A stretch of DNA of 64,000 bases from Eledone cirrhosa (lineage: Eukaryota). Below are positions 12,738-23,959 of this stretch, one piece after another. The notes under the pieces are model-generated. The model saw nothing but the letters and a program-made list of their open reading frames with translations, was not told the origin of the DNA and did not search any database. The first letter of the stretch is position 1, and each line of letters begins with the position of its first letter. The stretch lies in contig OZ024740.1 in assembly GCA_964016885.1 (NCBI GenBank), positions 419,678,001-419,742,000 of the forward strand, read 5' to 3'. Both the position numbers and the translations under genes were made by a program.

Positions 12738-12937
12738 CTTTATATGTAATAATCTCCCGTTAGGTTGAGATACAAATTTTGCTGTATTGTTCTGTGCTTT
12801 CTAGCAAAAAGCCACCAGCCGTAAGCAACTAACCACACACCTTCCAACCTGACCGCTGCTACGTCATGATTCTTAGCCATTTTTGAATGTATTCTTGGCG
12901 CGATCACTTTGGAAAATTTATTGTCTAGATTTGAGCA

Positions 12938-13014
12938 AACTCCTGAAGAGTCCGGTGCTCGAGTTTCCGAAGTTATCGGAAATCTTAAAATGCGAACGAA
13001 ACCATGGTCGAGGT
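12938..13014 (+). ncRNA. Type I hammerhead ribozyme motif with long stem II
   Basis: AACTC-CTGAAGA-GTCCG...TTTCCGA agtta TCGGAAA...CGAAC-GAAA-CCATGG-TC^GAGGT, followed by AATAAA. Core intact, palindromic stem III (ACCAUGGU), GUC triplet; one mismatch each in stems I and II. Confidence 0.7.
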
Positions 13015-13253
13015 AAATAAATGTATTCTCTTTTCTCCTAGTTTATTTTACACCTAATTCTGTTTAATTGACTGTATATCTGGGCGATTACGCTGTCGAA
13101 ATATTCGATAAATATTCCGTAGCAGCCAGCGCGAAGGGCTGGTTTCGGTTATTTGTTGGAGACTTCTTCATAGAAGCCTTATTCTTATAGCCTGGTCTAT
13201 TCGATTTTTTATATGGTATATATTTTATCTGGTGATTCTATAGACATGTTTTA

Positions 13254-13300
<47 letters not shown>

Positions 13301-14480
13301 CGTATGTCTGTATGTGCACAAAAGATTTCTGCATAGTTTCCATCAACCAAATTCCTCTTACAATACATTAGTCCACCGACCAACCCATGCAAGCGTGGAA
13401 AAGCAAAAGTGATGTTGATGATGGCTATATTAATAGATATTTGAAGTACCTCACAAGGAAATCAAACTCAGAATTTCAGGGTTCTGCAAGATAAGGTGTC
13501 ATTTTATAAACATTTTTTTAATTTATGATTTTTTTTAAATACATAAATTCTCTCTCTAAAGCAATGTTTGTTTCATTTAATGTCTTATTAGAATTGGGGT
13601 AGTGAAGATTTTACATAAAATAAAGATATGTGTTTCACAATTCCCAGAAATCTGTATAATGGTTCCTTGGCAAAATAAGATTGGTCTAAATAAATACTTA
13701 TATTTTGACTATTGTTTTATGTATGTCTTATATTTTGTAGTAAAAATGTATATACTGCAGGCAAGTTATGAGTTGATGGTTTTAGAGAATTTCAATCTTC
13801 TTCAGTCTTATGGATTTATTTTGTTTGTTTATTTCTATTCTGTTATCTGAGTCATTTAGATGTTTCCATAAATATCTTATTATTGAGACTATTATCATGT
13901 TTGTTGTTGTTATTATCAGAATTGATATAGTGCCAGACAAAATACTTTTCATTTGTTGAACTGACCCCTCATAAAATGTGTAACTTTATCCCTTTGTAAT
14001 GATAAATTATTTTCTTTTTATCTCCAGCAGATTATCTTTTTCAAGTGATTGGTGGGGGAAAATCCCCTGATCGATTCAACATCATTACAACTCCCTATCC
14101 CCACACTGCTCTTTTCTCTTAAACAGTTTCCATATTTTTAGAACTCTTTATAGTATGTTCTACTCCATATTATTAAGCCTTCAAAAATTCTCATTTTTTT
14201 GTTTTTTTCTGTCCAGCCTGTATCCCTCAAATAGTACGTAAAAACTAGCACTGTCCATTTGGATGTATCGTTTCTACCACAAATTCAATAACATGTGTTC
14301 GCTATTGAAAACACCATTTAAAAAATATAGTAAGCTAAATTATTAGTCTTAGTAAGTACTTATCTTAACTTGTAATTAGCTGGTTGTTTTTCATTGATCT
14401 CATCTTTTTCATATTTCTATTTTCCTTTCAGAACAGCTATTCATCCAGTCTTTATTATTATACTAATATATATATATGCA

Positions 14481-14580
14481 CAGAGTGACCCCAAAAATGT
14501 ATACATACTTTGATTACCTGTACAGACAATATTTATTAGAATACTATTGAAGTGTGTATACATATTTTGAGAACACCCTG
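14481..14580. mobile_element. Tc1/mariner-type MITE (100 bp)
   Basis: Imperfect ~33-bp TIRs CAGAGTGACCCCAAAAATGTATACATACTTTGA / TTGAAGTGTGTATACATATTTTGAGAACACCCTG in TA-rich context. Confidence 0.6.
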
Positions 14581-14666
14581 CATAAATATATATATATAAT
14601 AAGAATAATGGGAAAATGACTGAAGCTATGTCCACTCTGTTTGACAAGCTTTATCTCTTAATTACA

Positions 14667-14736
<70 letters not shown>

Positions 14737-14914
14737 AGATTTATCCAGGAAGTGTAACTTGGAGTTACTGTAGGTTCACCCGGGTGAGCACTCAATGTTT
14801 AGGTTCACTTGTGTGTTGAGGTGTAGAGCTAGACAGAGTGTATTACATTACCATTGTAAGGGGTCTGACGAGTCTTGGATTACAGAGTCTGGCTAGATTG
14901 ATACAGATCAAACC

Positions 14915-14948
14915 TTGAGCTGATCAGTGGCGAAACACGCGTCATCAA
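14915..14948 (+). ncRNA. Degenerate minimal hammerhead motif
   Basis: TTGAG-CTGATCA-GTGGC-GAAA-CACGCG-TC-ATCAA then AATAAA. The core has a G8->C change, so it is likely inactive. Lies in a ~400-bp unit bounded by (TA)n. Confidence 0.45.
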
Positions 14949-15989
14949 CCAATAAACATAATGAAGGAGTAATCACTCATCCTTGTTTTATTTTACTATA
15001 TAAGATTTAATATAGAAATGGCTTCTACAGGACTAAAACTGTTTCCTTCGAAGGAAATCATCATAAATCTTGTATATGTTCTACTATGTATTGAATACCT
15101 TACTTACTGTGGTTACGCCTGATTTAACCCACGATACTAATATATATATATATATATATTCTGGGGTGAATGGAACAAATGATGAAAATAATGTATATAC
15201 ATAGTTTATAGTGCCTTGTTTACAACTCGCTTATTTCTTCCAGTTTGTTTGCAGATTTAGCCAGAAAACAATGAAATAAATTATTTTTTATTACATTTCA
15301 ATTATAGCTATTTATATCTTAAAATATAGTCACTCTTATTTGAAATTGAATTGTAGAAGAATGTAAAACAGTTTAAACAAAACATAAGGTTGTTATATTA
15401 TTGAAAGGGATTTAAATAGATAAACTTATACATTTCAAACCGATATATTTTCTTAAATATACAAAGTTTTAAAATAATGTAATTTTTTTTACAAACACTC
15501 TCCTACCATCGCCACAGCCACCAAAATAAATAAATAAACTTAATAAACGTTAAAATTAATAATAAAGAGTATTGCAATGGATGGTAAAATCTGTAGTGAG
15601 CCAACAAAATACTACATTGTAGAATTCTTTTGTTACTTTCTACTAGTTTTTTTTTTCTTTCAGTTATTGATATAATAAGCACCAACCAAGTACTTGAACA
15701 ATTTAATCGACTGTTTCCTCCCCAAAATATTCTGGTCTTGTGCCATTGATAATAATCAATATTTGTAACATAGAAAGTTGTGAGCTGACAAAAACAGTTA
15801 ATGTTTCATTATTTTGTTTTCTGTGTTCAGACTATGTTGGAATATTTCCAGTCAAATTGCATACCAGTAATACACTTGGAATAAATCAGTCTCCTTCCAA
15901 ACATTAACACTATTATACTTTAAATATGAAATAATGTTTGGTTAGAACAGTCAAAATCATGAGTTAACAGCTGGTCTGCTAGTTAAATG

Positions 15990-16160
15990 ATAATAATAAT
16001 GATATTATTGTGTACAGTGCTCAGGTGCACTACAGCTCATCAACGGTGTATGTACAGTACATAGAATAATATACAAATGTCAGGGAAGTGAATAGTGTAT
16101 GAGCCATGATATACACACATGTGTGTGTGTGTATGGAGGGGGGATATTAGGTGTAGTGTA
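15990..16160 (-). mobile_element. CR1-like LINE 3' UTR fragment
   Basis: Homologous to 24700-24865 (TTATTGTGTACAGTGCTCAGGTGCACTACA...GTATGGAGGGGGGATA), with an adjacent (AAT)n tract. Confidence 0.65.
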
Positions 16161-16411
16161 GTTATTGTCTTCCTTTGTTATTTGGGGGGGGGGGGTATAT
16201 CACACAAAGGTGGCACAAATTTGTATAAAAACAGTGGAAACATTTGATACTGATACAAAATAACGATTTCTGATTTAGTCACAAGGCCAACAATTTGGGA
16301 GGAGGGAAAGTCATTTAAATCGACCTTCAGTGGTGTTACTGGTGCTTTTACATCATGACTTTTGCAAGCTCTCCAAAATTGGTCAGATGATGTGGTTTAT
16401 ATTTGTTTTAA

Positions 16412-16804
16412 CCCTTTAGTTACCAACCTGGCCCCAATACCAGTTCTGCTTCTATCAAATAAAATCACTCATTTTAAAGGTTTCCAATTTAAAACCTAAT
16501 TTGATATAAGAACCTTATATTGGCAGTAGAAGGTTGGACGCCATGCTTTGCAGCATAGAGTTACGCCCCTTTATGATCTGAGTTCAAATCCCGCCGAGGT
16601 TAATTTTGCCTTTCATCCTTACGGGGTCGATAAAATAAAGTACCAGTAATGTACTGGGTAATTGCTGGCCTTGTGCCAATAGTAGAAACAATTAAGTTAC
16701 TATCTTAGTAATGAAATGATTATTTTAGTAAATCACACAAAATTCTTCATTAATTAATTAATTAAAATAGAGTGTAGTTCATTAGAAATGCAGTCGTGAA
16801 AGGG
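16412..16804. mobile_element. piggyBac-type MITE with nested SINE
   Basis: TTAA|CCCTTT...AAAGGG|TTAA termini; a SINE is inserted at ~16519-16692. Confidence 0.55.
16519..16692 (+). mobile_element. tRNA-derived SINE
   Basis: TTGGCAG..., B box GAGTTCAAATCCC, body GGTTAATTTTGCCTTTCATCCTTACGGGGTCGATAAAATAAAGTACCAG, end GGCCTTGTGCC..TAGAAAC. Confidence 0.8.
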
Positions 16805-17396
16805 TTAAACATTCTTTGCGGGGAAAATGTGTGCAGGTTGACAGTGGTTAATGTGGAGCTTGGGGGATGATAAAAGGGGGATAAATGGATGTATTGGGTA
16901 GACGTAGTAACAACTAGATAGTACAGCAGAACTGAGGTTGTTGTGCCAATAATATAAGTAGAGGTTAACTTTGCCTTTCATCTTGACGGGGTTAATAAAA
17001 TAGAGTACCAGTAATGCACTGGGGTCAATTTAATCAACTTTCCCTTCCTCCAAATTGTTGGCCTTGTGCCTAAATCAGAAACTAATATAAGTAGATGAAG
17101 GAAACAGTCGATCTGTTAACCAGATGTTGTGTATTAGTGAGTCTTGGGAAACAGTTGGATTGCCATTATTCTTTGTCTAATACCTTCTTAGGCATTTCTT
17201 AGAACTATTCAATCCATATTGAACTCTTCCAATAAAAGAATATCTGCTTTAGAATAAAACATATTCTGCTTGTTATAATGCCCAACTTATTTGTTCTTGG
17301 TTTCTTTTATGTATTATTTGGAAATTAAAGTTAATGATTTTGTGAAAAATAATTTCAAATATATATACATATATATATACACATATATATATATAT

Positions 17397-17481
<85 letters not shown>

Positions 17482-17943
17482 TTATGTTACACTTCATAGA
17501 CTAATGGCTTTTTTTTCTCCAAATATAAAATTTAATGTGACCCCATTGTTTTTAGCATTGTTTTATCAATTTAAAATATTCCATTGGTTTTGATCAATTT
17601 TTTAAGCCTGAATCCATTGTGGTTTCTATAGCAACTGAAAGATTCAGTTTTTGTGGGAGTTTTTTTCATTTTGTTTTTGATTATTGTTTGTTATTATTTT
17701 TTTCCTATCACATTCTAGATTATTAGCTATTTAAACATTCCTCTCAGCTGTATTGTTTGTTGTAACATCAATAATATAGGTATTTCTTTTCAATATTTAA
17801 TGGCACTCACCATTCTGTCTACTAGATTGTAAACTTCATACACTAGTTCGTTTCTAAATGAAGCTCTGGGTCAAAAGGGGGCCACATCAAACACTAGATG
17901 ATATAAAAGACTAATAGTCATCTCTGTGTCTGCCTCTGTTAGG

Positions 17944-18035
17944 GTGTATATATATGTATGTATGTATATATATATGTATGTCGGTGTATATGTGTGTGTG
18001 TATGTGTATGTATATTTATGTGTATATGTGAGTAT

Positions 18036-18077
<42 letters not shown>

Positions 18078-18384
18078 ATGTGTGTGTATATGTGTGTAAG
18101 TGTGTATGTATATATGTGTGTGTATATATATGTGTGTATGTGTATATATACTTGTGTATATGTGTATGTGTATATATACTTGTGTGTATGTGTATATATA
18201 CTTATGTGTATATGTGTATGTATATATATATATGTGTGTGTATATATGTATATGTGTGTGTGTATATATATATATAATATATGTATATATATATGTCTGT
18301 GTGTGTGTGTATATATATGTGTGTGTGTGCATGTGTATATGTGTGTGAGTGTATGTGTATGTGTGTGAGTGTATGTGTGTGTGC

Positions 18385-18443
<59 letters not shown>
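17944..18443. repeat. Compound (TA)n/(TG)n microsatellite
   Basis: Alternating purine-pyrimidine tract. Similar tracts at 4100-4140, 4724-4782, 14665-14736, 17358-17476 and 21063-21510. Confidence 0.95.
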
Positions 18444-18444
<1 letters not shown>

Positions 18445-18589
18445 TAACATAGCTAATAAATCAGGATCAACAATAAATCAATAAGACATAAATAGAACTC
18501 TTCAGGAAGTTTGAAAGATAAATAATTTTGAAATGCTTTAGATTCTATTAAAAGAATTAGAGATATGATCATTAATATAGTGACACGAA

Positions 18590-18790
18590 TTTTAGGCACA
18601 AGGCCAGCAACTTGGGGAGGGGAAGTTGATTAAATCAACCCCAGTGCATTACTGGTACTTTAATTTGTCAAGTCCCGTTAGGATGAAAGGCAAAGTTAAC
18701 CTTGGCAAGATTTAAACCCAAAACGTAAAGGGTCATAATTCTATGTTGCAAAGCATGGTGTCTGACGCTCTACCGGTTCTACCAATCCAT
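18590..18790 (-). mobile_element. tRNA-derived SINE (antisense copy)
   Basis: Reverse complement of the same SINE: GGCACAAGGCCAG...CTGGTACTTT...GGATGAAAGGCAAAGTTAACC...CTCTACCG..TACCAATCC. Confidence 0.8.
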
Positions 18791-18817
18791 CACTCTGACA
18801 CCAGTTGTGTTGCTAAA

Positions 18818-19073
18818 CCCTTTAGCATTTACATTAGCGTGGAAAATGGACGTTAAACGATGATGATGATGATGATGATGATTACTCTATATTTACTTTT
18901 GTATTTTCAGAGTAAACACTTTATCTCACATAATATCAAATTTATGAGATTTTGATATTTTTTATTTTAAGAACAATACCTTAACATCAGTATGAAGAAC
19001 TGATTATGGCCGGTTTGAACAGAAAATGGTGGGAGAATTCTGGCTGGATATGGCCAGTTTAAATGCTAAAGGG
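18818..19073. mobile_element. piggyBac-type MITE
   Basis: Perfect 14-bp TIRs CCCTTTAGCATTTA / TAAATGCTAAAGGG, TTAA on the right and TAAA on the left. A ~45-bp (GAT)n retroposon tail is nested at 18836-18881. Confidence 0.75.
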
Positions 19074-19329
19074 TTAACTAGCTGGCCATTAGATGGAATT
19101 GAAATTCAGATTGATTTTACTAATCTCATTTTAGTTTGACTTTTGATATTATTCTGGGTGTCTATCAATAGATATTCACTTTATAGCCTTGATCAAAATT
19201 TATTTTAAAAGTTTTAATTTAAATGTGAAATGGAAATCAACCTTTTTGATTTTTTTCTTATTTCTTTTTATTTTATTTAATTTAATTATTATTATTATCA
19301 TTATTATTATCATTATTATTATTATCATT

Positions 19330-20320
19330 GCAGCAAAGAGTTACCACCCTTTATGGTCTGAGCTCAAATGCCGCCGATGTTAACTTTGCCTTTCATCCTT
19401 ACGGGGTCGATAAAATAAAGTACCAGTAATACACTGGAATAATTGCCGGCCTTGTGCCAAAAGTAGAAACAATCATTATTATTATCAGTGGCCTTTGGTT
19501 AAGATCAAAGTGGATTGGCAGTATCGGTAGAGGGTCGGACTCCATGCTTTGATGCATAGAGTTACGGCCCTTGTCATTCTGAGTTCAAATCTCACTGAGG
19601 TTAACTTTGCCTTTCATCCTTACGGAGTCGATAAAATAAAGTACCAGTAATACACTGGGGTAATTGCTGGCCTTGTGCCAAAAAGTAGAAACAATTATTA
19701 TCACTATTGCTCTGTCACACAGTGCAGTTGGGTAATGCACCTGGGTATTTAGTGATTAGTGAAGTCACAACAACGACCTCAGACAGGTAATACTTTCCTC
19801 AAAATATGCACAGTACCTATCAAAGCCACCTTTTGTATGACACCCAACCTGTATGGTAGATTGACCCTAATGCCTTGATCACAACTGGTTGTTATTATTA
19901 TTATACAAGGGATTGGCAGTATCGGTAGAAGGTTGGACGCCATGCTTTGCAGCATAGAGTTACAATCCTTTACAGTCTGAATTCAAATCCTGCCAAGATT
20001 AACTTTGCCTTTCATCCTTACGGGGTCGATAAAATAAAGTACCAGTAGCGTATTGGGTTCGATTTAATCGACTTTGCCCTCTCCCCAAATTACTGGCCTT
20101 GTGCCTATATTAGAAATCATTATTATTATAAGGGCGGTGGATTGGCAGTATCGGTAGAGGGTCTGACGCCATGCTTTATAGCAAAGAGTTACGGCCCTTT
20201 ATGGTCTGAGTTCAAATCCCGCCGCGGTTAACTTTGCCTTTCATCCTTACGGGGTCGATAAAATAAAGTACCAGTAATACACTGGGATAATTGCTGGCCT
20301 TGTGCCAAAAGTAGAAAATT
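19330..20320 (+). mobile_element. Cluster of four same-orientation tRNA-SINE copies (19330-19472, 19510-19695, 19909-20120, 20132-20318)
   Basis: Three have the head GGATTGGCAGTATCGGTAGA (the first is 5' truncated). All have a GAGTTCAAATC-like B box and the TTTCATCCTTACGGGGTCGATAAAATAAAGTACCAG body, and are separated by (ATT)n. Confidence 0.85.
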
Positions 20321-20380
20321 ATGTATAATGTTTTTTAATGTCTCAGGAAAATTAATTGTCGCAGGAATTCTACCACTTAA

Positions 20381-20627
20381 CCCTTTAGCATTTAAACCAG
20401 CCGTATCCCGCCAGAATTCTCTCACCTCTTTCTGTTCAAACAAGCTCTAACCAGCTGCTCATACTGATGTTAAGGTATTGTTCCCAAAATAAATAATATC
20501 AAAATCTCATAGATTTGATATTACATGAGATAATTATGTGAAATAAAGCCTTTACCATAGAAAATACAATGACAAATATAGATTATCAAAATTTAATAAG
20601 TGAGTGTAGGGGGGTAAATCTGAAAAA
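20381..20627. mobile_element. piggyBac-type MITE, opposite orientation to 18818-19073
   Basis: TTAA|CCCTTTAGCATTTAAACC start; the body is the reverse complement of the 18885-19073 copy; right TIR degraded. Confidence 0.65.
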
Positions 20628-21461
20628 TTAATAAGCTTGGGGGTGGGGGCGAATATTTGGGACCCAGGAGTAAATTACAGGAGCATGTTACTACTCTTTA
20701 ACTAATCATTTAACAATATATTGTGAAAAATAACCAGAAATACTTCAATTATTCAAACTAGAACTGTAAATGTAAATGTTACCTTTGATGTTTAGTTCTG
20801 AAAGTATGTTGGTAATAACCAATTCACCATTGATAATGACCAATTCTCTACTTCTGAAATGAACATCTTGATAGTTGTTGTCATTGGTTTCTTTATCATC
20901 ACTTACTTTATCATAATTCCTGTATTTTCAGTTGTCTTCAACATATTTTAACACCTATTGTTTGGATTGAATTCATTTATCCTCTAAGGGATAATATTAA
21001 TCCATAAATACAATTATTTCATGAGTTCATTAACAAATTTCTAGAATATAACTGTTCAATGTTATATATATATAAATATGTGAGTGTGTGCATGTATATA
21101 TATATATATGTGTGTGTGTGTGCATGTATATATATATGTATGTGTATATTTGTATGTATATGATGATGATATAAGCATATATATCTTTATGTGTATATGT
21201 GTATATATATATGTGTGTGTATGTTTATATATGTGTGTGTATGTATATATATATGTGTGTGTTTATATATACATATGTGTGTGTATATATACATGTATAT
21301 GTATATATATATATATATACATGTATATGTATATATATATATATATACATGTATATGTGTGTGTATATATATATATATATACATGTATATGTGTGTATAT
21401 GTATATACATGTATATGTGTGTATATGTATATACATGTATATGTGTGTATATATGTATATG

Positions 21462-21512
<51 letters not shown>

Positions 21513-21718
21513 CAACTGAGATATGGTTTATATAAAAAAAACGTTATCTTTATTTGGTTTAGCTCACTTTTGTATTTTCAGACATGAAAATAGTTATGCT
21601 TGGCAAATTATTTTTAATTTTATGTCTTTATTATGTAAATCATTTAATTTTCTATAACTTTAGAAATATTTGAATTTGTAAAGATCTAAATATTGAGAAG
21701 GAGAAGGTTTTAAATTTG

Positions 21719-21745
21719 AATTGCTGAAGAGCACTCGAAAGTTAT
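21719..21745 (+). ncRNA. Minimal hammerhead core truncated by (TA)n
   Basis: CTGAAGA-GCACTC-GAAA-GT-TA runs straight into a TA tract; the 3' strand of stem I is lost. Confidence 0.4.
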
Positions 21746-21756
21746 ATATATATATG

Positions 21757-21805
<49 letters not shown>

Positions 21806-21889
21806 TTATTTTTGTAGTAAGGTTGCTTGGATGCGTACATAGGCGGTATGCCAGTTGAACACTCTCTGCTCCTTCAGAGCAGAATATAA

Positions 21890-22016
21890 TAATATGGAAA
21901 ATGAAGAATCAGTGATACATCGAAACAGAATTTATTACGTATTACAATTGTTTCTCAATTGTAATACGTAATAAATTGTGTTCCAATGCATCACTGATTC
22001 TTCGTTTTCCATATTA
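21890..22016. repeat. Inverted repeat, 61-bp arms, 5-nt loop
   Basis: TAATATGGAAAATGAAGAATCAGTGAT...TACGTATTACAATTG-tttct-CAATTGTAATACGTA...ATCACTGATTCTTCGTTTTCCATATTA, lying between TA tracts. Confidence 0.9.
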
Positions 22017-22274
22017 TATATATATATATATATTGATAAACGGAATAGAAAATGCTGACAAATTGTTCACAGTTGAAAAATGGTTATATATATATATATA
22101 TATAACTCATCATTAGAACAGCCCTGAAAAACTAAATGCTGTCAAAGATAACGATGGCCAAAAATGCCTCAGAGACCAGCGGCCAGTGGTCAACAGAAAG
22201 ACAATCCACAACGTGGGTGGTGGTAGATGAAATATTGAAAGAGGAGGGGGACAAGGAAAAATGTGTTGGTGCAG

Positions 22275-22555
22275 AGAAGTGACTGGAAGAAGGAAATAAA
22301 GGTGATGTACAAGACAAGTTTACACACACATCTTCACCACCATCAACTCTCAAATCAACAAATATTTGTTTTATCTCGCACATATCATACCAGCAGAAAG
22401 ATTTATTTTTCTATTGCCCGATCCAGCATTTTAAAATGGTACTCTCAATTAAATCATGCAAAACCATTTTGGTGGTTTGAGAGCTGATGAGGATGACAAT
22501 GTGTGTGTAAACTTGTCTTGTACATCGCCTTTCTTTCCTTCTTCCAGTCACTTCT
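22275..22555. repeat. Inverted repeat, ~88-bp arms, ~105-nt spacer
   Basis: 22275-22362 (AGAAGTGACTGGAAGAAGGAAATAAAGGTGATGTACAAGACAAGTTTACACACACAT...) is the reverse complement of 22468-22555 with scattered mismatches. Confidence 0.85.
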
Positions 22556-22623
22556 GTATTTTAATAAAATGTGGAATTGAGTAATATCCAAGAATAAAGA
22601 AATGGCTTATTAAATGTCTTCTT

Positions 22624-22870
22624 CTATACAACTGTTACCAATGCCATGATGAAGTTCCTCTTCCAGTTCACCCTGTCCAACATTACCCTCTGAATTTCCC
22701 CTGCCTCCAACCTGGTATCATCTTCAAGAACATTCTTTAGTGTGGTAGTTGGTCTCCCAACATGTCTGTACCCATCAGGTTTCCAGAAAAGAACTCTGCT
22801 AGTGGGTTTATTGTGACATTATACATATCTGGCTGTGAGCCTGCTACACCTTACGATGTCAGAAATATAT
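22624..22870 (-). pseudogene. RTE-related LINE ORF C-terminal relic
   Basis: Minus strand reads YISDIVRCSRLTARYV*CHNKPTSRVLFWKPDGYRHVGRPTTTLKNVLEDDTRLEAGEIQRVMLDRVNWKRNFIM, the WxP.G.R..GRP...DR..W pattern. Confidence 0.65.
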
Positions 22871-23293
22871 CTGGTCCTAATCCAATTTTAAAATATTAAC
22901 TTCTACAATAGTTGAATACAAAATAATACTCCAGCTTCAACATGAAGCCAAAACAACAAACAAACCATTTCAGTATCCCTTAATCGAATCCCCACAACAT
23001 ATGGCAGGACATCCCATCATCTCCATTGATGGAAAATGAAAGACAGCTCAGCATGTGACTGTTAAGACCCTGCCCAGACAGTATTGCATGTTGTTCAGGA
23101 TTGCCACATCAGACAACCCATAATGCTGTAAATGACACCTTAGTCTGGCTCACTGCCTCTACTCTATATGTCATATGACAACAACAACAAGTGTAGGTGG
23201 AGGTGAAGAAAAGAAAGCTTAACTGATTTATTATACAATTATTGATTATATAAATGTCATCTGTGACAAAGTATTGTATATTTTTATTTTTAG

Positions 23294-23431
23294 ATGGACA
23301 ATATCTTGCTTGGTGTCCACGATGTCAACTTGAAACTAACTTTGGCATTTGGTTGTGGCATTCATCATGCTGGTCTACAAGAGAAAGATCGGAAAATTGT
23401 TGAAGAATTATTTGTCAATGAAAAAATTCAA
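23294..23431 (+). CDS. ASCC3: Internal coding exon of activating signal cointegrator 1 complex subunit 3 (Ski2-like helicase, C-terminal helicase cassette)
   Basis: Polypyrimidine tract and AG (ttttttattttttag|) precede it; |gtaagt follows. 138 bp, phase 0/0, translating [46 protein letters not shown]. This closely matches the recalled ASCC3 segment [46 protein letters not shown]. Too short for the ORF track. Confidence 0.9.
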
Positions 23432-23959
23432 GTAAGTGAAATTTTCATTGTTATTTAACACGACTGGAAAATATTTTCTCTTTATATTTAAATATGTTAC
23501 AGTTATGTTTGAAGAAATTATATAGAAACTTTCTTTTATTAAATTTTGGTAGACCAATCATTTTTCTATCATCATCACTACCACCACCATTATCATCACC
23601 ACCACCATCATCATCATCACCACCACCATCACCACCACTACTGTGGATTGGCAGGATCGGTAGAGCAATGTACAAAATGTCTTTCAGTATTTAGTTAAAT
23701 CTCTTAATGTCCTGAGTTCAAATCCTACCAGGGTCAATTGTTGCTTCTGAAACGCCTCTTGTCCACCAAATATTTCTCACAAGGTCAGCTTCCAACTCTG
23801 GCAAAAAACACCAGAAGTTCCATGCTGTGAAGTCAAATCAAGAACCACACAGTTGAGAAATATTTCAACTCTGCAGCCAAACTGACATAAATTTGTATTT
23901 ATTAGAATTCCTGATTTCATACTTTCTCTAGATGTCTTTTGTCAGTCATTATTTCATTG

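Larger units (their letters stand above)
12101..13260. mobile_element. Cluster of Penelope-like/fold-back units nested in (TA)n
   Basis: Contains the hammerhead repeat copy (12101-12272), a ~200-bp-arm inverted repeat (12311-12745), a CpG-rich segment with a + strand hammerhead (12938-13014), and a direct re-copy of 12504-12622 at 13171-13260 with an internal deletion. Confidence 0.55.

Noticed and set aside
19510-19600. tRNA genes at SINE heads
   Set aside because: A/B-box-like motifs are present, but no cloverleaf is evident and each continues into the SINE body.
17871-21587. Many YI/CV/TH-repeat ORFs
   Set aside because: Translations of (TA)n/(TG)n microsatellites.
23294-23431. Assignment to HFM1/MER3 or SNRNP200 (Brr2)
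   Set aside because: [27 protein letters not shown].Q fits the recalled ASCC3 C-terminal cassette better; a BLASTP would confirm.
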